A DNA stretch of 64,000 nt. It comes from an uncultured Desulfobacterales bacterium (GTDB lineage: Bacteria > Desulfobacterota > Desulfobacteria > Desulfobacterales > CAJINA01). The first letter of the stretch is position 1. Each line of letters opens with the position of its first letter. Below are positions 8,520-18,724 of this stretch, in pieces. The notes beneath the pieces were generated by a model. It saw only the letters and a list, made by a program, of their open reading frames with translations. It had not been told where the DNA came from and did not search any database. The translations under genes were made by a program, and so were the position numbers. Location: positions 89,735 through 153,734 of the forward strand of contig CAZYGG010000002.1 in the NCBI GenBank assembly GCA_964647585.1. The letters are read 5' to 3'.

Positions 8520-9537
8520 AACCGTGGCCGGGGCCGGGTGAGCGTCCAAGCTCTCTCCAGGGGACCTGGACCAGGCACTTTGCGGACTGGACTTTCCCGA
8601 AGACTCCAGCGTGCTGGTGGGGTTGGGAACGGCCGACGATGCGGGCGTCTACAAAATCTCCGATGACCTGGCCCTGATCCAGACCGTCGACTTTTTTACA
8701 CCCATCGTGGACGACCCGTTCGATTTCGGCCGCATCGCGGCCGCCAACGCCCTGTCCGACGTGTATGCCATGGGCGGCACCCCGAAGACCGCCCTGAACC
8801 TCGTGGCCTATCCCATGGAGAAACTGGGCAAGGAGATCCTGCGGGAGGTGCTGGCCGGCGGGATCGAGAAGATTAAAGAAGCGCAGACGGTCCTCATCGG
8901 CGGCCACAGCATCGAAGATAATGAATTCAAGTACGGGTTGTCGGTCACGGGATTTGTGCATCCCCAACAGATATTGACCAATCAGGGTCTGCAGCCCGGA
9001 GACCACCTTTTGCTTACCAAACCACTGGGCACCGGCATTATCAATACGGCCGCCAAAGGCAAGCTGGCCGCAGTGGAAACCATTGCCCGGGTAACAGACC
9101 TTATGGCAGCCCTGAATAAAAGTGCCGCGGAAGTCTTGCAGGAATTCCCGGTGACAGCCTGTACCGATGTTACCGGTTTCGGACTTTTGGGGCACTTGGC
9201 GGAGATGGTGCTGGGTACGGGTGTCGGCGTGACCATCGATAGTCGGGCCGTTCCCATGTTGCCCGAGGCGCTGGAATTTGCAGCCATGGGGTTCGTGCCG
9301 GGCGGCGCCCATCGCAACCGTACTTACCGGGAATCCATGGTGCGGCTGGCACCGGAAGTGAGCCCGGTGGTTCGGGATGTGCTGTTCGACCCCCAGACGT
9401 CCGGCGGCCTGCTGTTTGGCTGCAATGCAAAAGAGGCCCGGGAAATACACGATCGCCTGGTGGATGCCGGTGTGGAAGACACCGCCGTCATCGGCCGGGT
9501 GTCGGATGATGAAGCTGAGCTGATCCAAGTTACCTGA
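8488..9537 (+). CDS. selD: Selenide, water dikinase (selenophosphate synthetase), selenocysteine-containing
   Basis: The ATG at 8488 lies in frame with track ORF 8611-9537, separated only by a TGA at 8539-8541. Read-through gives MADAGKIRLTETVAGAG-U-ASKLSPGDLDQAL..., the canonical SelD glycine-rich loop with Sec/Cys at that position. The total is 349 aa, typical for SelD. Confidence 0.9.
8556..8570 (+). promoter_or_regulatory. Candidate core of the SECIS hairpin for the selD UGA
   Basis: UCCAGG-GGA-CCUGGA (6-bp stem) begins 15 nt after the UGA, the expected position for a bacterial SECIS. The fold was not computed. Confidence 0.35.
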
Positions 9538-9551
9538 AAAAGGAGTTGCAG

Positions 9552-10166
9552 ATGCCCAAAAGATTGGATGCGCGCGGCCTGTCCTGTCCGGCGCCGGTGC
9601 TGATGACCAAGGACGCTGTTGAAAAGGAAAACCTGGCGGAGGTAGAGGTCCTGGTGGACAACGCGGCCGCACGGGAAAACGTCACGCGTTTCCTGGCATC
9701 ACAGAATTTTTCCGTCAACGCGGCCCCGGAAGGGAACGATTTCAAAGTGAGCGCTCATCGCGAAGGTGACGGGCCGGCGGCCGATTCGGCCACGAAACCT
9801 TTACCCCGACCGGCCGAGACCGAGAGGCCGCAGAGAATCATGGTCATGATGACCAACGACCGTATGGGGGCTGGCGACGACGATCTGGGAAAAAAGCTGG
9901 CTATCAGTTTCATCAAGACCCTCAAGGAGCTGGGGGATGAACTCTGGCGGTTGGTATTCGTTAACAACGGCGTCAAGTTGACAATCGACGGCGCTCCGGT
10001 ACTGGAGGACCTGCAGGCCTATGAAAAGGATGGCCTTACCATCCTGGTCTGTGGTACCTGCCTGACCCATTTCGACCTGCTGGAGGCCAAGAAGGTCGGG
10101 CAGACCACCAACATGCTGGATATCGTGACGGCCATGCAGTTGGCGGATAAGGTGGTCAGTATCTAG
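9552..10166 (+). CDS. yedF: Selenium metabolism protein YedF, long form (TusA-like N-domain plus DsrE-like C-domain)
   Basis: The ATG at 9552 lies 6 nt after AGGAG. The N-terminus DARGLSCPAPVLM carries the TusA motif. A linker follows, then a DsrE/DrsE-like domain (IMVMMTNDRMGAGDDDLG...ILVCGTCL). Confidence 0.8.
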   Translation: MPKRLDARGLSCPAPVLMTKDAVEKENLAEVEVLVDNAAARENVTRFLASQNFSVNAAPEGNDFKVSAHREGDGPAADSATKPLPRPAETERPQRIMVMMTNDRMGAGDDDLGKKLAISFIKTLKELGDELWRLVFVNNGVKLTIDGAPVLEDLQAYEKDGLTILVCGTCLTHFDLLEAKKVGQTTNMLDIVTAMQLADKVVSI

Positions 10167-10260
10167 TTGAGCAGGTGGTACGCTTGCCGATGAAAAGACC
10201 GGGCATCATTGCCAAAAGCCGGGCGCGGCCTTGCAGGGCATCCCGGGTTTGATCCGGAAT

Positions 10261-12084
10261 CTATTGCAACGGTAGACGGATGGTAAACGTGGAGCCCTGC
10301 CCTAGTTCGGATTCTGCGTTAATTTCTCCGTTGTGGTTGCTTTTGATGATGAAATAGGAGACCGACAGGCCGAGGCCGGTGCCGGTTCGGGGGCCCTTGG
10401 TCGTGAAAAAGGGCTCGAAGATATGCTTGAGGGTTTCCGTCTCGATACCGGTGCCGTTATCCGCAAGCTCTATTGCGGCCCACTTCTCTTCCACCCATGT
10501 TCGCAGGTCAATTTGAGGTAAAAAGTGTTCCCTCTGGATGTCGCGCAGGGCATAGGCCGCATTCATGAGAAGATTCAGCAGGACCTGCTGGATTTCGTTG
10601 GGGTGGCAAAGCACGTTTGGAAGGTCCGGGGCGCAGACTTTTACAACTTTGATATGCTTGAAATCATAGTGTTTTTTTAGGTTATAGTCTTTGGAGACCA
10701 TTTCCAGGGCCTCATCGATGAGCAGGTTTAAATCAGAAGGGGTTTTGTCGTCATCGTGTTTCCGGCTGAATTGCAGCATGTCGGCCACGATTTTTGCAGC
10801 CCGGCTGCCGGCCTCGCTGATCCCGTCGACATATTCCAGTATTTTTCGTTCGTGCAGATAGCGGTTGATAGCGTCCAGCTCCAGCCCCAACTTTTGGGCC
10901 GTTGCCAGGTTACCGGGGATGTCGCCGGACAGGCGCCGTTTTGTGTTCTGGACACATTGGACGATGATGCCTAAAGGATTATTGATCTCGTGACCCATCC
11001 CGGCCGCCAGACCGCCCACCGTTGCCATTTTTTCAGTTTCCATCATCAGTTCCCGGGATTTGCGCTGTTCAGTGATATCGGTAGCGATTTCCATCCGTGC
11101 CAGCCTTCCGTCAACCCACTGGATCGCCTGTTCCCGGGATTCATACCACTGGCCATCATCCGGGTTGTGGAACTCATGGATATGCACCCCGGTCGGTTTG
11201 CCCTGCGTGTCGGTCAACAGGTGGTTGGTACAAAAGTTACAGGGGCCGTCGAATCTTGGGTGAAAAGTCTTCCAGCAGATTTGACCGGTGACATCCCCGA
11301 ATTGGTCTTTTATCTTCTGGTTTGTATAGAGGATTTCATAGGTCTGCAGATCGGCTACATAGACAGCGGAGCCCAGGCTGTCCATGACCGTGGCAAAGCG
11401 CAAGTTGGCGGCTGCCAGGTCCGTGTTTCTATCCTGCAGTTCTTTTTCAGCCTGTGCCAGTTTCTCGATATCCTCTTCGGCCCTGTCCAGAGCGCGCGTG
11501 TTGACGGCGATGACGTTATAAGCGATGACGCTGATGAAAATGAAGACAATGGTATTGTCGACAAAATAGTCAAGCACCTCAAAGTCTGAAAGCCCCAATT
11601 CGTTTCTAACAATAAAAAGAAAAATGAACAGCAGGCTTTCGTTGATGACGAAATAGAATAAAATCGTGCCTTTTTGCCTGTAGATAACCAGGGCGGTCAA
11701 GGTCATGATGCCCATGATGTATACGATGGTATCCAGGCGGGCCACTGCGCCGAATCGATCCGCGAAAAGAATTGTCCAGGCCAGCACCAGCGCAATCACA
11801 ATGGCAAGGTGGGCCGCGGTTTCGTAGAGTCCTTTTGTAAGGAGCCAGAGTGCGGCGGCGAAAAGAAAGATCCCGACCACTATTGGTATGAGAATGTAGA
11901 GATTAACTCTTTCGACACTGACCTGCAGGTAATAGCTATAAATCAGCACAACCGGCAAAAGACAAAGAACGGCCAGGAAGGCCACGGCCAGAACCCGAGC
12001 CTTCTGCTGAAGGACAAAATCATCATCGCGGTAGTTCTTCAATAATTTGTCTATGGTCTTCAAAATACGCTTCCCATCAGTCAC
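10261..12084 (-). CDS. Membrane sensor histidine kinase (multi-TM, PAS-like, HisKA-HATPase)
   Basis: Has the H-box [12 protein letters not shown] and the G-box GTGLGLSVS, plus an N-terminal hydrophobic region. The start is uncertain. The track start at 12180 would overlap ettA by 104 nt, and there is no in-frame ATG nearby, so I propose the GTG at 12084, which overlaps the ettA stop (GTGACTGA). Confidence 0.8.
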   Translation of the reverse strand: MTDGKRILKTIDKLLKNYRDDDFVLQQKARVLAVAFLAVLCLLPVVLIYSYYLQVSVERVNLYILIPIVVGIFLFAAALWLLTKGLYETAAHLAIVIALVLAWTILFADRFGAVARLDTIVYIMGIMTLTALVIYRQKGTILFYFVINESLLFIFLFIVRNELGLSDFEVLDYFVDNTIVFIFISVIAYNVIAVNTRALDRAEEDIEKLAQAEKELQDRNTDLAAANLRFATVMDSLGSAVYVADLQTYEILYTNQKIKDQFGDVTGQICWKTFHPRFDGPCNFCTNHLLTDTQGKPTGVHIHEFHNPDDGQWYESREQAIQWVDGRLARMEIATDITEQRKSRELMMETEKMATVGGLAAGMGHEINNPLGIIVQCVQNTKRRLSGDIPGNLATAQKLGLELDAINRYLHERKILEYVDGISEAGSRAAKIVADMLQFSRKHDDDKTPSDLNLLIDEALEMVSKDYNLKKHYDFKHIKVVKVCAPDLPNVLCHPNEIQQVLLNLLMNAAYALRDIQREHFLPQIDLRTWVEEKWAAIELADNGTGIETETLKHIFEPFFTTKGPRTGTGLGLSVSYFIIKSNHNGEINAESELGQGSTFTIRLPLQ

Positions 12085-13762
12085 GGGTGAGTTGCCGGTA
12101 CCGGATCCGGCGTGGAATTTCGGCGTCTTTCCCCAAACGCTTTTTTCGATCTGTCTCGTAATCGGAATAGTTGCCTTCAAACCAGGTCACCTGGCTGTCG
12201 CCTTCAAAGGCCAGGATATGGGTGGCAATCCGGTCTAAAAACCAGCGGTCATGGCTGATTACGACCGCGCAGCCGCCGAAATTTTCCAGAGCCTCTTCCA
12301 GGGCGCGCATGGTGTTGACATCCAGGTCGTTGGTGGGCTCGTCCAGCAGGAGGACATTGGCCCCCTGTTTGAGCATCATGGCAATGTGCACCCGGTTGCG
12401 CTCGCCGCCCGAGAGCCGTCCCACCTTTTTCTGCTGGTCGGACCCGGTAAAATTGAAACGGGCCACATAGGCCCTCGAATTAACCGACCGATCCCCGACA
12501 TCAATAGAATCCTGTCCGCCGGAGATGGTTTCCCAGATAGTCTTATCCGGTTCAAGCTTGTCACGGCTTTGGTCCACATAGGCCAATTGGACGGTTTCAC
12601 CGGTGCGCAGGGTTCCCGCATCCGGGGATTCCCCTCCGGTGATCATATTGAAGAGCGTTGTCTTCCCGGCCCCGTTCGGGCCGATGACACCCACGATGCC
12701 GCCCGGCGGCAACAGAAAACTCATCGCTTCAACCAGCAGCCGGTCACCGAAAGCCTTGGAAACCTTATCCGCCTCAACAACCAATTTTCCCAGCCGGGGT
12801 CCCGGAGGAATGTAGATTTCAAGGTCCCGGGGACCCCCGGAACCTCCCTGGGACAACAGTTTCTCATAGGAACTGATCCGGGCTCTGGATTTGGTCTGCC
12901 GGGCTTTGGGTGACATCCGGATCCATTCCAGTTCCCGCTGCAGGGTTTTCTGGCGTTGGCTTTCACTCTTTTCTTCCTGCCGCAGACGTTCCTGTTTCTG
13001 TTCGAGCCAGGAAGAATAGTTGCCCTTCCAGGGAATGCCCCGGCCCCGGTCAAGTTCCAGGATCCAGCCGGCCACATTGTCGAGAAAATAACGATCGTGG
13101 GTAACGGCGATGATTGTGCCCGGGTACTGCTGCAGGTGGTGTTCCAGCCAGGCGACGGTTTCCGCATCCAGATGGTTGGTGGGCTCATCCAGCAGGAGGA
13201 TGTCGGGTTTTCGCAGCAGGAGCCGGCAAAGGGCCACCCGGCGGCGCTCGCCCCCGGAGAGCACCTTCACCGGAGTGTCCCCGGTCGGGCATCGCAAAGC
13301 ATCCATGGCCATTTCCAGCCGGGAGTCCAGGTCCCAGGCGTCGGCGGCATCCAGTTTTTCCTGCACCTGGCCCTGGCGTTCAATCAGGTCATTCATCTCA
13401 TCGTCGGACATGGGTTCGGCGAACTTTTCATTAATTTCGTTGAATTCATCCAGCAGGTCCACGGTTTCCCGGACACCTTCCGCCACTATTTCGCGAACCG
13501 TCTTGTCGTCGTCCAGAACAGGTTCCTGTTCGAGGAAACCCACCGTATACCCTTTGGAAAGAATCAGTTCACCGTTGAACTCTTGGTCAACCCCGGCCAG
13601 GATCCGGAGCAGGGAACTCTTCCCGGCACCGTTGAGGCCCAGGACGCCAATTTTCGCGCCGTAAAAATAGGAGAGGGAGATGTCTTCCAGAACAGGCCTT
13701 TTGTTGTAATGCTTGCTGACGCGTACCATTGAGCAGATCACTTTATCCGGCTGTTGACTCAT
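12077..13762 (-). CDS. ettA: Energy-dependent translational throttle protein EttA (ABC-F ATPase)
   Basis: Two ABC cassettes are present ([11 protein letters not shown] / [11 protein letters not shown] and [11 protein letters not shown] / LSGGERNRV). The length is 561 aa, and the RBS AGGAGG precedes the ATG. Confidence 0.92.
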   Translation of the reverse strand: MSQQPDKVICSMVRVSKHYNKRPVLEDISLSYFYGAKIGVLGLNGAGKSSLLRILAGVDQEFNGELILSKGYTVGFLEQEPVLDDDKTVREIVAEGVRETVDLLDEFNEINEKFAEPMSDDEMNDLIERQGQVQEKLDAADAWDLDSRLEMAMDALRCPTGDTPVKVLSGGERRRVALCRLLLRKPDILLLDEPTNHLDAETVAWLEHHLQQYPGTIIAVTHDRYFLDNVAGWILELDRGRGIPWKGNYSSWLEQKQERLRQEEKSESQRQKTLQRELEWIRMSPKARQTKSRARISSYEKLLSQGGSGGPRDLEIYIPPGPRLGKLVVEADKVSKAFGDRLLVEAMSFLLPPGGIVGVIGPNGAGKTTLFNMITGGESPDAGTLRTGETVQLAYVDQSRDKLEPDKTIWETISGGQDSIDVGDRSVNSRAYVARFNFTGSDQQKKVGRLSGGERNRVHIAMMLKQGANVLLLDEPTNDLDVNTMRALEEALENFGGCAVVISHDRWFLDRIATHILAFEGDSQVTWFEGNYSDYETDRKKRLGKDAEIPRRIRYRQLTRD

Positions 13763-13975
13763 GTTGTGCCCTCCTAATACAGACGGGATTGTTGCATCTT
13801 TATTTTCAATTTCAGGAAAATCGTAACGTGATTTCCGTATTATCTTTACGGTAATGTTATTTGTAAAGCAAATTAGCGGTATTCAAGAAGATTGCAGTTT
13901 GACGACAAACAATATAGGGTGCTCTGGCACACGGGGCAACACCCGGTTGACACCCGGCGTTTTAATAAAGGATCA

Positions 13976-13995
13976 TCTCCCAACTAATTGGGAGA
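13976..13995. repeat. 20-nt hairpin TCTCCCAA-CTAA-TTGGGAGA, copy 1
   Basis: A perfect 8-bp stem. An identical 20-mer occurs at 63013-63032, and a variant (tctccaatttagttggaga) at 22145-22163. Confidence 0.8.
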
Positions 13996-14052
13996 AGAAC
14001 CTTATAAATTTGGGTGTATGCCCAGCCCATTCCAAGAGAAGTGGAGATCCAA

Positions 14053-14811
14053 ATGCTCAAGGCGGTTTTACTGGACCTGGATAACACCCTGATCCTCTTT
14101 GACGAACTGAAATATTACGAGGCGTACTTTAAGAAGCTCAACAGCTTTTTTGGTGATGAATTTGCACCTGACGAACTCAAAGAGCGGGTGATCAACGGCA
14201 CCATGGCCCTGCGGTTCAACAAGGGTGAGAAAACCAACCGGCAATGTTTCCTGGAAGAGTTCGCCCGGGGCCGTGAAACAGTGTCCAAATCATTGTGGGA
14301 CCGGTTTATGGCTTTTTACCGGGAAGCATATGGCGACATAGAGGTGACGGTTGACCTGCCGGATGGACTGCATCAGGTAATGGACCGCCTGCGAGCAACC
14401 GGACTGAAGCTGGTCATCGCCTCCAACCCGATATTTCCGGTCATCGCCCAGGAAAAGAGAGTGCGCTGGGGCCGCCTGGACCCTGCCTGGTTCGATCTGT
14501 TTACGCACATCGAGAATATGCGCTATGTGAAACCGATGGCAGCGTATTATCACCAGACCTGTGAATTGATCGGGGCTGTCCCCGCCGACTGCCTGATGGT
14601 GGGCAATGATCCGGCCAATGATATGTCCGCAACCCTGGCAGGGTTGAAGACTTACCGGACAACGGATGCCGAGGTGATTGATTACGCCTCGTTGACCCTC
14701 ACGGATGAACAGCGGAAAAAGAGCCACCGGGAAATCCCGGCACCTGACTATGAAGGCCCGTTTGCCGGGGTTGCGGATGTGGTTGAACGACTGATGGCAG
14801 AAAAACCCTGA
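14053..14811 (+). CDS. HAD-superfamily hydrolase
   Basis: Carries motif I DLDNTL right after the ATG at 14053, which follows GGAG. Later motifs are IASNP and GNDPANDM. Confidence 0.75.
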   Translation: MLKAVLLDLDNTLILFDELKYYEAYFKKLNSFFGDEFAPDELKERVINGTMALRFNKGEKTNRQCFLEEFARGRETVSKSLWDRFMAFYREAYGDIEVTVDLPDGLHQVMDRLRATGLKLVIASNPIFPVIAQEKRVRWGRLDPAWFDLFTHIENMRYVKPMAAYYHQTCELIGAVPADCLMVGNDPANDMSATLAGLKTYRTTDAEVIDYASLTLTDEQRKKSHREIPAPDYEGPFAGVADVVERLMAEKP

Positions 14812-14950
14812 CCGGGCACTTTGAGACTGTGTCACAATGTTCAATTTGGCTTCAGGTGCGGAAGATGAAAATTTCAACCGGAGGAATACATTGAGTATTT
14901 TGAGGATTGAAATTTTCATCTGACGCTGAGATGGGGCCAAAGGGGGCATT

Positions 14951-15658
14951 ATGACACAGTCTCATTGCGAAAGGGACGTGATAGCCATGCCTGAACCAGT
15001 GAAAAAGAGATCTGTCCTGCTCCTGGGAGCAACCGGGCTGGTCGGCAGTCAATGCCTGAACCTGTTTTTGGCGAATGACCACTTTTCACAGGTGAGCACC
15101 CTGACCCGCAGGCCCCTGGCGACAAACCCGGTTGATCCAAAACATGTTAACCATGTGATTGATTTTGATGATCCGGAAAGCTATCATGACAAGATGACCG
15201 TGGATATCGTGATCTGCGCCCTGGGAACCACCATAAAAAAGGCCGGGAGCCGGGAAATGTTTCGTCGGGTGGACTTTCACTACGCATTTGACCTCTCAAA
15301 GGCGGCTCTTGAAACCGGTGCCGGACATCTCCTGCTGGTCTCTGCCAAGGGTGCGGCTGCGGATTCGCGCGTCTTCTATAATCGGGTGAAAGGTGAACTT
15401 GAGGACGCCATCAGCGGTTTGGGGTTTGAGACCCTGAACATTTTCAGACCGTCGCTGCTGCAAGGTAACCGACAAGAGTTTCGTGCCGGAGAGGAAATCG
15501 GGAATTTTCTGGCCGGGGCTTTTTCAATTGTGATTCCGGCCCAGTGGAAGCCAACCCCAGTTGACCGTCTCGCAGAAGCAATTTTAAAGGCGGCTATTAA
15601 CGACCGACCGGGCCAAAGGATTTATGAATCTGGCGAAATCCTGACAGGCCCGGCCTGA
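14951..15658 (+). CDS. NAD(P)H-binding protein (atypical SDR / NmrA-like)
   Basis: Has the Rossmann motif LLLGATGLVGS near the N-terminus. An alternative start is at 14987. Confidence 0.7.
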   Translation: MTQSHCERDVIAMPEPVKKRSVLLLGATGLVGSQCLNLFLANDHFSQVSTLTRRPLATNPVDPKHVNHVIDFDDPESYHDKMTVDIVICALGTTIKKAGSREMFRRVDFHYAFDLSKAALETGAGHLLLVSAKGAAADSRVFYNRVKGELEDAISGLGFETLNIFRPSLLQGNRQEFRAGEEIGNFLAGAFSIVIPAQWKPTPVDRLAEAILKAAINDRPGQRIYESGEILTGPA

Positions 15659-15669
15659 AGGGTGGACAA

Positions 15670-16095
15670 ATGCTTAGGGTGACACCGGATATTGCCATTG
15701 GGGAGCATGAGATCAAATACGATTTTGTGCGGTCGTCGGGTCCGGGGGGACAGAATGTGAACAAGGTTTCCACTGCTGTTCAGCTCCGGTTTGATGTCTA
15801 TGGCAGCGCTTCATTGCCGCCGGATGTTAAAGATCGTTTGCGGATACTGGCCGGGAAAAAATTGTCGACCGACGGCATCCTGATTATCCAGGCCTCGCGG
15901 TTTAAGAGCCAGGAAAAAAACCGGCAGGATGCGGTTGAACGCCTGGTCCATATGATCCGGCAGGCGACTGTCAAGCCCAAAAAACGTGTAAAAACGAAAC
16001 CTTCCAGGCGGTCAAAGCAGCGGCGACTGGAAGCCAAGCGCCATCGCAGCCGTGTGAAGCAAAACCGGCGCTGCGTAAAGGATACAGATTGTTAA
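15670..16095 (+). CDS. arfB: Alternative ribosome-rescue factor ArfB (peptidyl-tRNA hydrolase)
   Basis: Has the GGQ motif in SSGPGGQNVNKVSTAV and a basic C-terminal tail (KKRVKTKPSRRSKQRRLEAKRHRS). Confidence 0.9.
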   Translation: MLRVTPDIAIGEHEIKYDFVRSSGPGGQNVNKVSTAVQLRFDVYGSASLPPDVKDRLRILAGKKLSTDGILIIQASRFKSQEKNRQDAVERLVHMIRQATVKPKKRVKTKPSRRSKQRRLEAKRHRSRVKQNRRCVKDTDC

Positions 16096-16201
16096 GATAT
16101 TGACAGCCAAGTTGGAAAAGAAGTAAATTTGCCATTCACGGCTGAATGTGGCGATACGTTAAAATCATACTTGCATCCAACCACTAGCAGGGGAGGTTCT
16201 G

Positions 16202-16573
16202 ATGGCCTGGTTTCTTTATTTCATAAGCATTGTCTACATTGCCTGGGGCTGTTGTTTCATTCTGGCGCCCATGGAGTCCAAGGAAAATATGCGCCTGATC
16301 ACCGAACGGGGTGAGCGGCGGATCTGGGCGACCATTGCTATCATTGCGGGCGTTCTGTTTCTCCTGTCTTTCAACGCTTCCAGCCATCCCGCGATCATCA
16401 TTCTGGTTGGTATCATTGCGATCGTAAAAGGCGCGTTATTTTTCGTTAACCCGGGCGGGCTCTACGAGAAGGCCCTGAAATGGTTTTACGGCGATCTCAC
16501 CGAGCAGGCGTACCGCATCTACGGTATCGTCGCATTGATTCTGGGGACCGTGATTTTCTGCTGGACAGTCTAG
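16202..16573 (+). CDS. Hypothetical membrane protein (123 aa)
   Basis: A good RBS (GGGGAGG) precedes the ATG. There are four hydrophobic segments. Confidence 0.55.
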   Translation: MAWFLYFISIVYIAWGCCFILAPMESKENMRLITERGERRIWATIAIIAGVLFLLSFNASSHPAIIILVGIIAIVKGALFFVNPGGLYEKALKWFYGDLTEQAYRIYGIVALILGTVIFCWTV

Positions 16574-16587
16574 AACGAGCAGGCCGG

Positions 16588-17142
16588 CTACCTCTTCGAC
16601 TGGCGGGTGTTCTCATCAGTTCCCTGAATGATGTGCAGATTGGCTTTCAACTCTTGAAGCGTTTCGGGTGCTAATCCCGCCTCCTCAAGTGCGCGGGCCA
16701 TCCGGGCGGCGTTTTTCAGAACGATTCGGTAGCCGCAGGTGTCAAAAAGTTCCGGATCCGCAGCGTAAACGAGATTGCCGGGGTAGTCCCGGCACATGCC
16801 GGGGCGGCTGTTGTATGAATCGCACCGGCGGGAAACACGGTTCCAGTGGGAGCATTCGAAAACCAGCAGACCCGCCCGCCGCTCCTCCCTGATCAAGTCA
16901 AATCCGTTGACAAGCCGGTGCCAGCCGATGACCATCCGCTTGAAGATCGGCAGGTAAAACAGGATGGGGTGCACGGGTATCACCGGTGTCTGACAGCACT
17001 GACCGCAGCGGTTGCAGGCCCCCTCTATCCGGAAAAAGGGTTCACCCGAAAACGATTTTATCCAGCGGGTCATTTTCAGGTCCGCCAGGTATCTTAACCG
17101 GGCGGCCAGTTTGACTGTGGCTTTAATGGGGCCGTCCTGCAT
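16588..17142 (-). CDS. YkgJ-family cysteine-cluster protein
   Basis: Carries CNRCGQCCQ and the later motif RCDSYNSRPGMCRDYP. Confidence 0.7.
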   Translation of the reverse strand: MQDGPIKATVKLAARLRYLADLKMTRWIKSFSGEPFFRIEGACNRCGQCCQTPVIPVHPILFYLPIFKRMVIGWHRLVNGFDLIREERRAGLLVFECSHWNRVSRRCDSYNSRPGMCRDYPGNLVYAADPELFDTCGYRIVLKNAARMARALEEAGLAPETLQELKANLHIIQGTDENTRQSKR

Positions 17143-17224
17143 GGTTAGAGCCCGTTTTGTTGACGGTTTAAGTAATTTCGTATACTCATATCTGCCAGCG
17201 AATGAATTATCAAGGGGGGTCTAG

Positions 17225-17458
17225 TTGAAAACAATCGGAATCCTGGTCTGTATTCTGGGCAGCCTGGCGGCGATCGCCTATCCACCGTATACGATTTTGG
17301 ACGGCGTCAAATGGGGGTTTATATTCGGCGATATCATTGCCATGTTCGGCAAGAGCATCAAGGTCTATGAATACCTCGACTATAAAACCCTGCTGGTTGA
17401 ACTGGCGATTATCAATGCCCTGGGGTTGGGGATTATCATCGGCTCGAAAGGTAAATAG
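17225..17458 (+). CDS. Hypothetical small membrane protein (77 aa, TTG start)
   Basis: A G-rich RBS lies 6 nt upstream, and there are two hydrophobic segments. Weak support. Confidence 0.35.
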   Translation: MKTIGILVCILGSLAAIAYPPYTILDGVKWGFIFGDIIAMFGKSIKVYEYLDYKTLLVELAIINALGLGIIIGSKGK

Positions 17459-17736
17459 CGGTTGGCACATGACAGGTTCTTTTTGTCTTGCAAATTCCCG
17501 ATGCGGTGTTTTTAAGTGCCGAAAAAACGAAGCCCGAATATCGGAATGTTCTCAAGGCGAACGCCGCAAATTCGAAACAAAAAGTCAAATCACAATGACC
17601 GAAAGAAACAAACAAAACCTGATATTACATTCGGTAGGCCTGTTTTTTGTCATTTGAGCATTTGAATTTTGAATTTGTTTAGATTTTCGACATTCGAATT
17701 TCGTATTTAATTGTCTACATACATCCAAGATAGCTT

Positions 17737-18297
17737 CTAATCCACCTGAGCAAATCCTGCCAAAAAGTCCGCTGTAGACATCACTTGTGCATACGCTGCC
17801 CCCAACGCGGCCATAAAGGCGCCATGCACATCCGGCGCCGGGATTGTCCGGCCTGCAAACTCCAGATTTTTAGTGGTGCAGGCATCGTGGACGACCGTGC
17901 AGGTAAACCCCAGGTCGGCGGCGGCCCGGGTCGTCGCATCGATGCACATGTGGCTCATGGCGCCGCAGATGACCAGGTCTGAAACCTGGTCTGCTCTGAT
18001 GATTCCCTCCAGGCCCGTTTCACGGAAACTGTTGGGGAAATTTTTTTCCACGGCAATCTCACCCGGCAGCGGCTGCGCACAGGTGTGTATGCGGGATCCG
18101 TCGGTCTCGGGCAAAAAGAAAGTGGCACCCGGTTGGACGGCCAGGTGGCGGACGTGAAACAGGGGCTGCGCTTTTTCCCTGAAGGCGGACAGGAGCTTAC
18201 CCGCGTTCAGGCCGACCTGTTCCGGTTGGGCCAGCTCCATTTTTCCCCCGGGAAAATAGTCGTTCTGAATATCAACCAGTAAAAGACCTGTTGTCAT
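17737..18297 (-). CDS. Cysteine hydrolase (isochorismatase family)
   Basis: Has LLVDIQNDYF at the N-terminus and the catalytic Cys context LVICGAMSHMCIDATTRAA. The RBS is GGGAGG. Confidence 0.85.
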   Translation of the reverse strand: MTTGLLLVDIQNDYFPGGKMELAQPEQVGLNAGKLLSAFREKAQPLFHVRHLAVQPGATFFLPETDGSRIHTCAQPLPGEIAVEKNFPNSFRETGLEGIIRADQVSDLVICGAMSHMCIDATTRAAADLGFTCTVVHDACTTKNLEFAGRTIPAPDVHGAFMAALGAAYAQVMSTADFLAGFAQVD

Positions 18298-18311
18298 GTG
18301 GGCCTCCCTTT

Positions 18312-18677
18312 TTAAATCCAGTCCAGTTCCGTCTGGGTTAATTCCCCGCCGGCATCTCCGTTATTCAGGGTTCCCGCCGGTTCGATGAGCAGGATCTTAC
18401 ACTCCTCTTCCGCACAGGGCTTGTGTTCAACACCCTTTGGAAGAACAACCATTTCGCCAGCTTTCAAATGCAGGCTTTTATCGCGCAGGTCGATGCGATA
18501 ATCTCCCTCAATGACCACAAAGACTTCGTCAGTTTCAGGATGGCTGTGCCAGACAAAATCACCGTAAGAGCGTACGAGTTTAAAATGGTAGTCATTCATA
18601 GCGGCAATGATTTTGTAGTCGAGCCGTTTATGGAATTTTGAGAACTTTTCCTGAAAGTTGATAACGTTAATGTCCAT
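18312..18677 (-). CDS. Cupin domain protein
   Basis: Has the cupin His motif WHSHPETDEVFVVIEG...VLPKGVEHKP. The ATG at 18677 is preceded by AAGGAA. Confidence 0.75.
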   Translation of the reverse strand: MDINVINFQEKFSKFHKRLDYKIIAAMNDYHFKLVRSYGDFVWHSHPETDEVFVVIEGDYRIDLRDKSLHLKAGEMVVLPKGVEHKPCAEEECKILLIEPAGTLNNGDAGGELTQTELDWI

Positions 18678-18724
18678 AGTCAGTTTCCTTCTTATACCGT
18701 TTGCCAAGAATTGCCCGCCACACT

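Noticed and set aside
8452-9672. A 406-aa ORF antisense to selD. Similar long antisense or alternative-frame ORFs include 12956-13732, 30567-31529, 7593-8258, 55240-56037, 38731-39387, 14290-14949, 49151-49858, 25684-26397 and 725-1465.
   Set aside because: They lie opposite or out of frame to genes with strong conserved motifs. They are rich in Arg/Gly/Pro/His, as expected for stop-poor frames in high-GC DNA, and they lack RBSs. These are shadow ORFs.
10261-12180. The full-length track ORF for the histidine kinase, starting at 12180.
   Set aside because: It would overlap the ettA coding region by 104 nt in another frame. The first 32 residues are non-hydrophobic and unconserved-looking, so the GTG at 12084 is preferred. 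The start remains uncertain.
17463-17495. TGGCAC ... TTGCA as a sigma-54 promoter.
   Set aside because: The GG and GC elements are about 25 nt apart instead of the required 10-nt spacing.
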